Shown in pieces: positions 10,759 through 21,402 of a DNA stretch of 64,000 nt. The notes below the pieces were generated by a model, which worked only from the letters and a program-made list of their open reading frames with translations, searched no databases and was not told the origin of the DNA. Every line of letters starts with the position of its first letter. Position 1 is the first letter of the stretch. This DNA comes from an uncultured Planctomycetaceae bacterium (GTDB lineage Bacteria > Planctomycetota > Planctomycetia > Isosphaerales > Isosphaeraceae): the NCBI GenBank assembly GCA_963833985.1, contig CAWIAD010000002.1, positions 3,808,001 to 3,872,000 of the forward strand, written 5' to 3'. The position numbers were made by a program, and so were the translations under genes.

Positions 10759-10840
10759 GGTACACCCCCTCTCGGCCGTGCCGTGATCGTGGCATGGGCC
10801 GCAAGAAGGGGGTCACCGAACGCACACGTTTTTTTTGAGG

Positions 10841-12151
10841 TTACGGCAGCGAAGGCTCGGGCCTGGCTTGCTCGGGCTGCGGCGATTTCTTGACCAGCTC
10901 GAGTGCCTTGTCGATCAGGATCTCGCCGGTCATCTCGCCCAGGGATGTACGGGAGATGTAGTCGTAGCGGGGGAAGCTCTGAAAGTCGACCTTCGTCAGG
11001 ATGTAGCCGAATGCGTCGTTGGTCAGGCCGAACAGAAAGTTCGGTTCACCGCGCATCTTCCGCTTGAGATAAAAGCCGATGTTGGGCAGGGCCTCACCGG
11101 GAATGGTGAGGATCTGAGCGCTGCCCACGTTCACCAGGTTGATCCGGGTCGTGATCGAGCGGTCGTGGTTGTACGGATACTTGAGTGGCGAGCCCGTCAC
11201 CACGGCCCACATGGCGTCCGACTGGACCGGAAACCGCACCGAGAGGGAGTCGCAGAAGAGGTCAGGGGCCGGCTGGACCGGGGCATCGCGCACGATCCGG
11301 AGGGCCTCGCCGGCCATCAACTTGCCGATCCTCAGGCACTCCTCCCAGGTACGGGCGTCATGCCAGTAGCCGCGCTGGCTGTCCCGGGGTTGGTCGAGCA
11401 TGCGGTTGTCGGCCGTGACCATTCCGCCCTGGGCGCTGTTCATGAACAGGCCCATCCCTCCTTCGCGAGCCTTGATCTCGTCATACAGCGGACCAACCAG
11501 GTCGGGGCTGCAAATGCCGATATCGTTGCCCAGCACTTCGGGATGGACCGCGTAGTTGACCAGTGTGGCAATGGCCTTGCCATCGCGGCCGAGGGCCTGG
11601 ATCACGTTCATCCGCCGGTCGTAGAGATCGGGTGCGTAGTAGTTGTATGCGATCTTCCCCTGCGCCTCGCCGCTGGCGATCCTCAGCGCCGCGGGCTGGA
11701 GGCGGTCGGCAGCCTCGTTGATCGCGGCTGCCGTCAGGTCGCAGACGCGTTGGATGTAATCCAGATCGCCCGTATGTCCGCCCTTGCCATCGGGGAAAGC
11801 GTAGCATTCCGGAGCGCTATGGGTGTGCGTCGAGCCGATCAGGATGTTCGCGGCCGGAATGCGATCCACCTTTTGCCGAACTCGATCGCACAGTACCGAT
11901 GGGAAACCGAGCAGGTCCAGCGAGACGATGGCCACGGAGACGCCCGAGTGGCGCAGCACGAGCGCCCGGGCCGTGAGCTCGCCCCGTGTTTCCGTTGCGG
12001 GCCTGGGCACTCCCATACCTCCCGAAATGGGCAAGAGCGGCCGAGGCGTGATCGACCGCGAGGCTGCACCAACTTCCAGTTCACCGCGAGCGATGGAGGT
12101 GTGAACGCAGGCACAGAGGAATAGGCAAGCCACGGGAAGTCTTAGTAACAT
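10841..12151 (-). CDS. Secreted neutral/alkaline ceramidase-like hydrolase
   Basis: Signal peptide; STHTHSAP, NYAVHPE, IPGE and NDAFGYI motifs. Confidence 0.7.
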   Translation of the reverse strand: MLLRLPVACLFLCACVHTSIARGELEVGAASRSITPRPLLPISGGMGVPRPATETRGELTARALVLRHSGVSVAIVSLDLLGFPSVLCDRVRQKVDRIPAANILIGSTHTHSAPECYAFPDGKGGHTGDLDYIQRVCDLTAAAINEAADRLQPAALRIASGEAQGKIAYNYYAPDLYDRRMNVIQALGRDGKAIATLVNYAVHPEVLGNDIGICSPDLVGPLYDEIKAREGGMGLFMNSAQGGMVTADNRMLDQPRDSQRGYWHDARTWEECLRIGKLMAGEALRIVRDAPVQPAPDLFCDSLSVRFPVQSDAMWAVVTGSPLKYPYNHDRSITTRINLVNVGSAQILTIPGEALPNIGFYLKRKMRGEPNFLFGLTNDAFGYILTKVDFQSFPRYDYISRTSLGEMTGEILIDKALELVKKSPQPEQARPEPSLP

Positions 12152-12237
12152 CGGTAGAGGCTCCGAGATGTAGAAAGCCGGATTGGCCGACCATCTTACG
12201 AGCTCGAACGTCGGCTGCCACGGGGAGAAACGAAAAA

Positions 12238-14610
12238 ATGGCCAGTCCCGGGGGAAGTCGGCACCCTGAGCCGGCTGGCCAAGAATCCGCGGAGACGAAG
12301 AGCGTCGCACAGCGGCTCTGCGTGCTGGGGCGGGTGCAGGGCGTGGGCTTCCGCCCGTTCGTGGTGCGGCTGGCGGCGGGTCTGAGGCTGGGCGGCTGGG
12401 TCAAGAATACGCCCGACGGAGTGGTGATTCATATCGAGGGGCCCGAGGTCCCACTTGCCGACTTTCGACGGCGGCTGACCGGCGAGCTGCCGCCTGCCGC
12501 CGAGGTCCTGTCGGTCACGGTCGAGGACACACTTCCCGAAGGCCATCGCGGCTTCGCCATCCGCCGGAGCGACGAGATTGGCTCCGCCGGCAAGCCCGGC
12601 GCCGGAGCCTTACTCCGAGTGCTCATCACGCCCGACCTGGCGGCCTGCCCGGCCTGCCTGGCGGAGTTCCACTCCGCAGAGGATCGCCGGCATGGCTTTG
12701 CCCTTTCCGGCTGCACCGATTGCGGGCCGAGGTTCAGCATCCAGGTTTCCGCCCCGTTCGACCGCGAGCGGACGACGATGATCGATTTCCTCCTTTGCCC
12801 GGACTGCCAGAAGGAATATGAGGACCCCGCCGACCGACGATTTCACGCACAGAATACCTCCTGCCCGCGGTGCGGCCCACGCATCTGGCTGGAGCCCGGC
12901 GGCGCTCCACACTCCTTGCCGCAGCCGGCTCCTGAACCAGCCGACACGTCGGATTTCCCGGTGCTGGAGCAAGCCGCGCGGCAATTGCGTGAGGGAAAGA
13001 TCCTGGCCGTCAAGGGAATTGGCGGCTTTCACCTGCTCTGCGACGCGACGTCGGAACAGGCCGTCACCCTGCTCCGCGAGCGTAAGCGGCGCGATCGTAA
13101 GCCCCTGGCGGTGCTGTTTGGAAATCTCGAGGAGATCGGTGCACACGCCGAGGTCGACGAGGCCGCGCGCGCCGCGCTGCTGAGCGCGGAGGCGCCCATT
13201 GTGCTGCTCAGCGCCGGGCCGATTCGACCCTGGCGTCCGGCGTGGCACCCGGGCTGGCCAGCGTCGGCGTCTTCATTGCCTACACGCCACTGCACCGGGC
13301 CCTGGTGCAGATGGTCGGCCGGCCGCTGGTGGCGACGAGCGGAAACCCGAGCGACGAACCGATGCCGACCGAGAACGCCGCGGCGCGTGCCGAGCTCGGA
13401 CATATCGCGGATGCGTTCGTCCTCCACAACCGCCGGATTCTCCGCCATGCCGATGACTGCCTGGTGCGGATCATCGCCGGGCGGCCGGTGCCGATCCGGG
13501 TCGGCCGTGGGCTGGCCCCGGTGCGCATCGAGCTACCGTTCGAGCCCCCCGCACTGCTTGCCACCGGGGGCCACTTGAAGGCAGCGATTGCCTTCACGCG
13601 CGGCCGCGAGCTTTTTCTGGGACAGCATATCGGTGATCTCGATACGCCCGGCGCGGAATCGCTATGTCGAGAACGTCGCCGACCTGACCGCGCTCTTCGG
13701 AGTGGCCCCCGCGTTCATCGTGCACGACGCCCACCCCGACTATTTCACGACCCGATATGCCAGCGAGCAGCCACTGCCTGCCGTGACCATCCAGCATCAC
13801 CACGCCCATATCATGGCCTGCCTGGCCGAGTACGGTGCGCACGGCCCGGCGCTGGGGATTGCATGGGACGGCACGGGCTACGGAAGCGACGGATCGATCT
13901 GGGGCGGAGAATTCCTGAAAGTGGACGGAGCCCGGTTCCAGCGGGTGGGATCAATCTGGCCGTTCTCGCTGGTGGGCGGGGACCGGGCCGCCCGCGAGCC
14001 GAGGCGGTGTGCCGCCGGCGTCTGTTTCGCCGCCGGCGAACCGTTCCCCGAGAACCAGGGGTTTTCCACCGCCGAGCAGGCGCTGCTGACCTCCGCTCTG
14101 CGTTCGCCGCGGGCCAGTTCGGTGACAACCAGCGCAGGCCGGCTCTTCGACGCCTGGGCTTCGCTGCTCGGCATCGCCCAGCGCTCGGCCTACGAGGCAG
14201 AGGCCGCCATGCGATTTGAGGACCTGGCCGACCCGTCGGAGCAGGGAGCCTTTGACAACATCGCTGTCCAGCATGCCGGTTCCGATGCCGGCTTGCCCTA
14301 TCGCCTGGACTGGCGACCCTGGGTGTCTGAAACCCGGCAGAGACTGGCTGCGGGGCACACGGCGTCGAGTATTGCCGCCTATTTCCACAACTCCCTGGCG
14401 ATCGGGTGTCTCGAGATCGCGCGTCGCGTGGGGCTGGAGACTGTCGCGCTGGGGGGTGGCTGCTTTCAGAACCGGCTGCTGAGCGAGCGGGTGGCCGGCA
14501 TGCTGCAAGCCGACGGATTTCGTGTACTCGCGCCGCACCGGGTGCCCCCGGGTGATGGCGGTCTGGCCGTTGGCCAGGTCTGGGCAGCGGCGCTGCAACT
14601 CATGCAATGA
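12238..14610 (+). CDS. hypF: Carbamoyltransferase HypF (two frameshifts, near 13210 and 13650)
   Basis: GRVQGVGFRPF acylphosphatase domain, CxxC zinc fingers, KGIGGFHL, ATSGN, QHHHAH, WDGTGYG and PPGDGGLAVGQ spread over three overlapping ORFs. Confidence 0.9.
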
Positions 14611-15701
14611 TCAGTGATGAATTCCATGGAGCGAATCTGTTCATGTCCGATACAGAAGTCCGGTCACGTGGCCTCGCCCGGTCGATCACTCCGCAATCCG
14701 GCAAGCGAATCTTGCTCTCTCACGGGGGTGGCGGCAAGATGTCGCGCCGGTTGATCCAGGAGGTGTTTCACAAGCACTTCCGCAGCAAGGAGCTGGCTCG
14801 CGAGCACGACGGCGCGTACCTGGACTTGCAGACACAAAAGCTTGCGTTCACGACCGACGGGTTCGTGGTGAGCCCGCCGTTCTTTCCCGGCGGCAACATC
14901 GGCTCGCTGGCCGTGCACGGCACCGTGAACGACCTGGCCGCCTGCGGTGCCAGGCCGCGATGGATGTCGGCCGCGTTCATCCTGGAGGAAGGGTTCCCGC
15001 TGGCCGACCTGGAACGGATCGTCGAGGCGATGAGCAAAGCGGCCGAGGAAGCGGACATCGAACTGGTCACCGGCGACACGAAGGTGGTGGAGCATGGCAA
15101 GGGAGACGGCATCTACATCACGGCCAGCGGAGTCGGGCTGATGATGACGGACCCGCCCCCGGACCCGCGCGCCGTCAAGCCGGGAGATGCCGTCATCGTG
15201 AGCGGGCCGATCGGCCTGCACGGCATGACCATCATGGCCCTGCGCGAAGGCCTTGACCACGAACCCGACCTCATGAGCGACTCGGCCGCTCTGGGAGACC
15301 TGGTGGCCACCGTGTATCGTGCCGGTATACGTCCGCGCTGCCTGCGGGACGCGACCCGGGGCGGAGTGGGTGCCACCCTCAGCGAGATCGCGGAGGCGGC
15401 CGGCGCAGGCATTCTGCTGGAAGAAGCGGCGATCCCCGTTCCGGAATCGGTCCGTAAAGTCTGCGAAATCCTTGGCCTCGACCCTCTGCTGGTCGCCAAC
15501 GAAGGAAAGATGCTCTTCCTGGTTGCTCCGGAAGATGAGCAGGCCACACTCAAGTCGCTGCGGGCGCACCCGCTCGGTCGCGAGGCCGCCACGATCGGCC
15601 GGGTCCAGGCGGAAGCCGCGGGCTCCGTTCTGGTACGGACGCCAGACCGCACTTTCGTGCTCGATGTGCCCATCGGCGAGGAAATGCCGAGAATCTGCTG
15701 A
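14607..15701 (+). CDS. hypE: Carbamoyl dehydratase HypE
   Basis: SHGGGG, GTVNDLA, TGDTKVV, RDATRGG, ANEG and C-terminal PRIC. Confidence 0.95.
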   Translation: MISDEFHGANLFMSDTEVRSRGLARSITPQSGKRILLSHGGGGKMSRRLIQEVFHKHFRSKELAREHDGAYLDLQTQKLAFTTDGFVVSPPFFPGGNIGSLAVHGTVNDLAACGARPRWMSAAFILEEGFPLADLERIVEAMSKAAEEADIELVTGDTKVVEHGKGDGIYITASGVGLMMTDPPPDPRAVKPGDAVIVSGPIGLHGMTIMALREGLDHEPDLMSDSAALGDLVATVYRAGIRPRCLRDATRGGVGATLSEIAEAAGAGILLEEAAIPVPESVRKVCEILGLDPLLVANEGKMLFLVAPEDEQATLKSLRAHPLGREAATIGRVQAEAAGSVLVRTPDRTFVLDVPIGEEMPRIC

Positions 15702-15866
15702 AAGCGTGCGTGCAGGCGCCCCAGCTCACACCTGCTTCAGTATCTCTGTTCGTTCGGGCGATACTTCCGCGGAGGCCGAGGGTTCAATCTTCTGAGCAGT
15801 TCCTTGCTGGATCCAGCGCAGCGCATTGACTGGAGCAGCCAGCCCCCGGTGCGAGGGAGAATAACG

Positions 15867-16964
15867 ATGCGCATGGAGATGCATGTAGCCATCTTGGTCG
15901 TCATACTGACCACTACGGCGCTGGCGGGACCAGGCAAAGGGGGCGGGCACGCTGGCAGAGGGGGTGGAGGCGGTCATGCCGGCGGCGGAGGCCATGCCGG
16001 CGGCGGGGGCCATGCCGGCAGTGCAAGCCATGCGGGAAGGGGTGGAGGTGGCGGGCACACAGGCAGCTCGCATGCCGCCGTGACGCCCCGGGTTCATGCA
16101 CCCAGCCCGCCGCGCGCTCATGTGTCAGGGTCGACTGGAACACAACGGGCTTCGGCCCTTGCCAGTCCGCGAGCCGCCACACCCTTCGCGACCCGGGGCG
16201 CGAGCGGGTCGTCGCTTCACCCATCACAGATCACTATACCGAACCAGGGAGGCGGCACCAGCCAGAAACCAGGTTCTGCGCTGGCGAGCCGTCCCGCGAC
16301 GGTTGCGACCACACCGGCCGCGAACGCTTCGGCCGCGAACGCTTCGACTTCCGCAGCGCCGGCGGCCAGCGCCGGCACGCCGTCTGCCATCAGCGCGGCC
16401 GGCACATCTCCTCTGATGCTTTACGGTTCGCTCATGCCGTTTGCGAACCAGTCCGGGCTGGCAATCCATCACGGCTACCATAACTACAGGAACTCCTACG
16501 GCTCCAGGTCCGCCTACCGCGGCTACGGCTACCGCGGTTCTGCCAGGGTGTCGAACCGGATGAGCCGCCTGTCCAGGCTGGTGCGCGATCTGAACACGCT
16601 GACGGTCGGCTACGCCGCGCCGCCGAACGATCGGAACATCCTGCGCAACGACCTCATGGCGGTGACCCAGCGCGGCATGCGGCCCCCCTCCAGCGCGGTC
16701 AGCCAGCTCTCTCAGCATCTCATCAACTACCTGCCGCAGCGCCGAACGCCGCTCCTGAACACCGAGCGGCTGGCTCTCGACATGGAAACGATCATGAACG
16801 GCGGCCGGCTCAATCCGGCCCAGGTGAACCGGGCCGTCAATTCCGCCTACTCCACGCTGCGTGCCTCGGGGCTGCATCAACAGGGATTGCAAGCCGTGAC
16901 CTCGGCCATGCGGAGCGTCGGTTTCTCGGGCCTGGCGGCGAACCAGGCAGGCTTCGTGCGATGA
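15867..16964 (+). CDS. Secreted low-complexity hypothetical protein
   Basis: Signal peptide, GGHAG repeats, Ala/Ser linker and helical C-terminal domain. Confidence 0.65.
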   Translation: MRMEMHVAILVVILTTTALAGPGKGGGHAGRGGGGGHAGGGGHAGGGGHAGSASHAGRGGGGGHTGSSHAAVTPRVHAPSPPRAHVSGSTGTQRASALASPRAATPFATRGASGSSLHPSQITIPNQGGGTSQKPGSALASRPATVATTPAANASAANASTSAAPAASAGTPSAISAAGTSPLMLYGSLMPFANQSGLAIHHGYHNYRNSYGSRSAYRGYGYRGSARVSNRMSRLSRLVRDLNTLTVGYAAPPNDRNILRNDLMAVTQRGMRPPSSAVSQLSQHLINYLPQRRTPLLNTERLALDMETIMNGGRLNPAQVNRAVNSAYSTLRASGLHQQGLQAVTSAMRSVGFSGLAANQAGFVR

Positions 16965-16974
16965 AACACAATGA

Positions 16975-18344
16975 TCAGTTCCGGCTCAGAAGTGCCGCTG
17001 TCTCCCCCGCCAGCCAGCCGCTGCTCCAGGCGCCTGGAAGTTGTAACCGCCGATCAGACCATCGAGATCCAAAATCTCTCCGGCGAAGTGCAATCCAGGC
17101 ACGATCCGGCTCTCCAGCGTGCGCGGGTCCACCTCGTCGAGCACCACGCCTCCACTCGTCACCTCGGCTTTTTCGAAGCCGAGCGTGCCCCGGATCGGCA
17201 GCACGACGCCCTTCAAGGTGGAGATCAGGCGCATGCGCTCGATACGGGACAGATCCGGACCGATGCGGCCCCGAGGCACGTCGGCGACCTCCATCAAGCA
17301 TTCCGCCAGGCGATGCGGCAGCATCGAGGAAAGGACGGATACGACGGCCGGGCGGCCCTGGCGACACGCGGCCTGAAGCTGACCGTCGACCTGCTCACGT
17401 GAATTGCCGGGCAGGAGGTCGAGCCGGAGCTCGAGCGTCTCCGGCTGCTCGTGGCGTGCCACCGCACGGCTGACATCCAGGATTGCCGGACCGCTCAGGC
17501 CGAAATGGGCAAAGAGAATCGCCTCCCTGCGCTGTTGCAGAGCCTGGGCCTCGCGGCTCGGACCGTCTTTCGCCTGCACCGTGGCCACCACGTCCTGGAG
17601 ACTCAGGCCCCGCAGCGAGGAGACCCACTCAGGGACGACCCGGATCGGCACCAGTGCAGGACGGGTCGTTGCGATCGTGTGGCCAAACGAGCCGGCGAGC
17701 GCATAGCCGTCGCCCGTCGTTCCACAACCAGGGTAGGAACTGCCGCCCACCGCCAGGATCACCCGGCGTGCGGTGACGGTTCCGTCGTCCAGGCGGATCG
17801 CGAATGCGGGAGCCGAAGCAGGATCCTCGGTTCGCATATGCTCGATGGCCAGGACGGGGCTCCGGCCGCGAAACCTGGCTCCGCTCCGATCGAGCCTGCG
17901 GAGGAGGGCCTCCAGGACGTCCACAGCACGGTCGGAGGCCGGGAAAACCTTGCCGTTGGCTTCGATCTTGGAGGTCACCCCCTCGGCCTGGAACATCCGG
18001 ACCGTCTGGTCAACGTCCAGGCGCCGCAGCGCTGGGCCCAGGAACGGGCCGCCCGTTCCGAAGGCCGCCTGGATTGCCGGGATGCCCCGGCACCATTCCG
18101 GGTTGAACGCCGGGTCGACCGGCCCCGATACGGCGTCCAGCCGGCGCAGGCCGCGGGCATTGGTGATGTTGCACCGGGTTCCCCCCGAAATCAGGATCTT
18201 CACGCCCGCACGGCGGTTCTTCTCGAGCAGGAGCACCCGCGCGCCCAGCTCCGCCGCCCGGATCGCCGCAAAGAGCCCGGCTGCGCCCGCCCCCAGCACG
18301 GCGACGTCGTACTCCAGAAGATCGCTGATCCCCGCATCTGCCAT
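16975..18344 (-). CDS. HI0933/BaiN family flavoprotein (frameshift near C-terminus)
   Basis: GAGAAG, KILISGGTRCNITN, GTTGDGY, EVTSGGV, GGYNFQ; the expected AWSSG tail is in the neighbouring frame. Confidence 0.9.
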
Positions 18345-18463
18345 TGTCCATCCTCCCCGTCCAGCGATGATACCGCGGGGACGGATGGCGCGTCAGTTCT
18401 CGCGGGCTCCGCCGGGTGCACTGCCCGGCCAATCGAGGCAATGCACAAGGCATGCGCTACAGG

Positions 18464-19789
18464 TCACATGACGGTGAAGTAATTGCCCACGGCGAAATCA
18501 AAGTACTCGGGCTTGAGCACCAGAGGGAGGTCATTATAAATGCAGAAATTCCGCACCTGGAGCAAGAGGTCGCGTGGCTGGCAGCACCGGAACGGGCGTT
18601 TGCTCCGCTTGTAATGGCGTTCCAGCAAGTAATCGACGGCCTCCTGGTCAACCTCGTCGAAGCCGAGCTTGGGCGCGAACATCTCGATCATCTGGCGGAA
18701 TTCCGCTTCGGATGGATCCGCCGCGTGGATCTTGTAAGGGATGCGCCGCAGGAACGCCTCGTCGACCAGTTGCTTGGGCTCGAGATTCGTGGAGAAGATG
18801 ATGAGCTGGTCGAACGGCACCCGGACCTTCTTGCCGTTGGCGAGGTTGAGGAAATCGTAGCGCTTTTCCAGGGGGACGATCCAGCGGTTGAGCAATTCCA
18901 CGGGCTGCATCCGCTGGCGGCCGAAGTCGTCAATCAGGAAGCTGCCCAGGTTGCTTTTCAGTTGCAAGGGGGCCTCGCTCACCTTGGTCACCGGATCGTA
19001 GCGGATTTCCAGGTCGTCCATCCGCAGCTCGCCGCCGGCGACAATCGTGGGCCGCTTGATATGCACCCAGCGGCGGTCGTGCTCGTTGCAGTCGAGCAGG
19101 CCGCTGGAGCCGGAATCCTCGATCGGCTCATGATTGGCCATGTCGAAGAGCTTGATGAGCTGGCCCTCGATGCAGAGCACCCGGGGAATCCAGACACTGG
19201 TGCCGAAACAGCGGGTGATCCGCTCGGCGATGCTGGTCTTTCCGTTGCCCGGAAAGCCGTACAGGAACAGTCCGCGGCCGGAGTTGATCGCCGGGCCGAG
19301 CATGTCGAAGGTACGCTCGGAAATGAGCAGGTCCGCGAAGGCCCTGCGCAGGTCCTCTTCTTTCGGATGCTCGGTGGCGATCGTCTGGGCGGCGATCGAG
19401 TCCAGGTAGTCCTCGAACGGGACCGGTGCGGTGCCGACGTAGGTGCACTCCTCGAGGTAGGTTTTCGCCCGGGCCCTGCCGTGGTCGGTCAGGGAGTAGA
19501 CGAAGTCGCTGGCTGTCCCGGCGCTCGTGTAGTTGACGATCTGCTGGTTCTTGAGCTGGCGCAGAAACTCCGGGAAGGGGCCGAATGGCAGCCCCAGCTC
19601 GGAGGAGATGCGCCGGCCCGACGCCGTGCCCAGGTTCATGAGGAATTTCAGGACCAGGCTCTCGACCATGGCGTGGCTCAGGCCCGCTTCCTCGAAGGTG
19701 TTGACAACCCGGGGATAGAACGACGGGCGGTCATCCCTTTCTCCAAGATCCAGCAGCGGAGGTAGTACCGACGGGGCAGACAAGCTCAC
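18464..19789 (-). CDS. AAA+ ATPase with N-terminal winged-helix-like region
   Basis: Walker A GFPGNGKT, Walker B LIDDFGRQ, STN, DEAFLRRI; start uncertain. Confidence 0.8.
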   Translation of the reverse strand: MSLSAPSVLPPLLDLGERDDRPSFYPRVVNTFEEAGLSHAMVESLVLKFLMNLGTASGRRISSELGLPFGPFPEFLRQLKNQQIVNYTSAGTASDFVYSLTDHGRARAKTYLEECTYVGTAPVPFEDYLDSIAAQTIATEHPKEEDLRRAFADLLISERTFDMLGPAINSGRGLFLYGFPGNGKTSIAERITRCFGTSVWIPRVLCIEGQLIKLFDMANHEPIEDSGSSGLLDCNEHDRRWVHIKRPTIVAGGELRMDDLEIRYDPVTKVSEAPLQLKSNLGSFLIDDFGRQRMQPVELLNRWIVPLEKRYDFLNLANGKKVRVPFDQLIIFSTNLEPKQLVDEAFLRRIPYKIHAADPSEAEFRQMIEMFAPKLGFDEVDQEAVDYLLERHYKRSKRPFRCCQPRDLLLQVRNFCIYNDLPLVLKPEYFDFAVGNYFTVM

Positions 19790-19890
19790 GGCGCAGCACT
19801 CCCAGGGATCCCGACGTCCTCCGTAGCACCGCGACCGGTGCACCCGCGGAAAGACGACGCGCTCAACCCTATGCCGCCGGAATCGTCGGG

Positions 19891-20409
19891 TCAAACCGCG
19901 CCGCGGCTCGGTGTTTCGCCAGGCCCCCGCGCCAGGTGATCGGCGAGATCCGCCCCGTCAGCGGCTGCCGGAAACGAGATCTCAACGTGGCGGCTGCACG
20001 GACCGGAAGGTTCGATCGTCAGGGACCAGGTGTCAGCCGGAAGCAGTGGCTGCACCCGGTCTGCCCACTCGATGAGGCAGACACCGCCGGCGTTCCAGTA
20101 ATCGCACACGCCCAGGTCGTCGAACTCCTGCGCGGACCGCAGCCGGTAGACATCGAAATGATACACCGGCATCCGCCCCTGATATTCATGGATCAAAACG
20201 AAGGTCGGACTGGCGATGGCGGCCGGATCGACTCCTAGCGATTCGGCAAGGGCCCGCACCAGCCGGGTCTTGCCTGCACCCAGCGGACCGGCCAGTCCAA
20301 TCACGCAACCCGGCTTGCACATGCGGGCCAGCGCAGCTCCCAGTTCCTCCGTTTCCTGCTCGGAGTGCAGATCGACGGACAGGACGCGACCGGTGCGGCT
20401 GACCTTCAT
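19891..20409 (-). CDS. tsaE: tRNA threonylcarbamoyladenosine biosynthesis ATPase TsaE
   Basis: GPLGAGKT, SPTFVL, HFDVYRL, IEWA. Confidence 0.92.
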   Translation of the reverse strand: MKVSRTGRVLSVDLHSEQETEELGAALARMCKPGCVIGLAGPLGAGKTRLVRALAESLGVDPAAIASPTFVLIHEYQGRMPVYHFDVYRLRSAQEFDDLGVCDYWNAGGVCLIEWADRVQPLLPADTWSLTIEPSGPCSRHVEISFPAAADGADLADHLARGPGETPSRGAV

Positions 20410-21378
20410 GAGCCTGGTCCCGCGGCATCCCGGAAATGGTTGAACCCGCGCGGCTCCAGCGGGGAAATGCTCCCACCCGCCTGGCGCAGCCGCAGCCCCG
20501 GCTCGGCGGTGATCTCGCCCACGCGGTAGAGCCGGACCTCCGTGGGAGGCGCCGCCAGCAAGGAATCTGCGGCGGCCGGGACCAGGGTGAGGCAAAGCTC
20601 GAAGTCCTCGCCGTCGTGCAGCGCGTGCTCGAAGCGCCGGGATCCCGTCCTCCCGGGCAGCCTGCACCGCGTCGGCATGGATCGGGATGGCAGCCGCGTC
20701 CAGCACCGCTCCCAACCCGCCGCTCTCCGCGAGAATATGGCCCAGGTCGGAGGAGAGGCCATCGGAGATGTCGATCATCGCACCCAGCGGCGCCGCTTGC
20801 AGCAAGGCCAGGGCTTCACGGATACGCGGCTCGGGCCGAAGATGACGGCCCCGGCAGAGACTGCCACCAAGAGGCCCGGTGACCAGGATGACATCGCCGG
20901 GCCGGGCTCCTGACCGGCGTACGGGCCCGGCTGGTGCCGCCTCGCCCAGGACCGCCACGTTGATCACCAGGGGTCCGTCCCACGCATTGGTATCACCGCC
21001 GATGAGGCCGACGTCGAACCGCTCCGCCATCCGCTTCAATCCGGCCAGGAGGCCCTGGCCCACCGGCACCGCGGCGCCGCGCGGCAGGGCCACCGACACC
21101 AGGGCCGCGAGGGGCACGCCGGCCATGGCCGCAATGTCGGAGAGGTTCACGCCCATGGCCTTGTAGCCCACCGCTTCAGCCCCGTCGACGTTCAGCCGGA
21201 AGTGCCGGCCGTCCATGAGCATGTCGGTGGTGGCCAGAAGCTGGCATCCGGGCGGCAGGTCGAGCACTGCGCAGTCGTCGCCGATGCCGACCGCGGTTCT
21301 CCGGCCTTGCCGTCCGGCTTGCTGGCGGCGGATCCAGTCGATCAGTGCAAATTCGCCCTGTGGAGTCGCAGGTCCCAT
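20406..21378 (-). CDS. thiL: Thiamine-monophosphate kinase (frameshift near 20635)
   Basis: GEFALI, GIGDDCA, NLSDIAAMAG, IGGDT, DISDGL; GEDFELC and GFNHF in the shifted frame. Confidence 0.92.
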
Positions 21379-21402
21379 GTTCGCACCGGAGCCAGAGATG
21401 AA

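Larger units (their letters stand above)
8134..10827. mobile_element. Non-autonomous IS66-type element carrying an ECF sigma factor and tnpA
   Basis: Ends GTGTGCGTCCGCTGAACCCC (8134+) and GTGTGCGTTCGGTGACCCCC (10827-), 17/20 identical; flanking direct repeat GTTTTTTT at 8126-8133 and 10828-10835; IS66 TnpA-like ORF at one end. Confidence 0.78.

Noticed and set aside
12238..14610. Programmed frameshifting in hypF
   Set aside because: No slippery sequence is evident and similar breaks occur across many unrelated genes.
19891..21378. Apparent ThiL-TsaE fusion (495-aa ORF)
   Set aside because: The ThiL C-terminus lies in another frame ending at 20406 and tsaE has its own overlapping ATG; the fusion comes from a frameshift.
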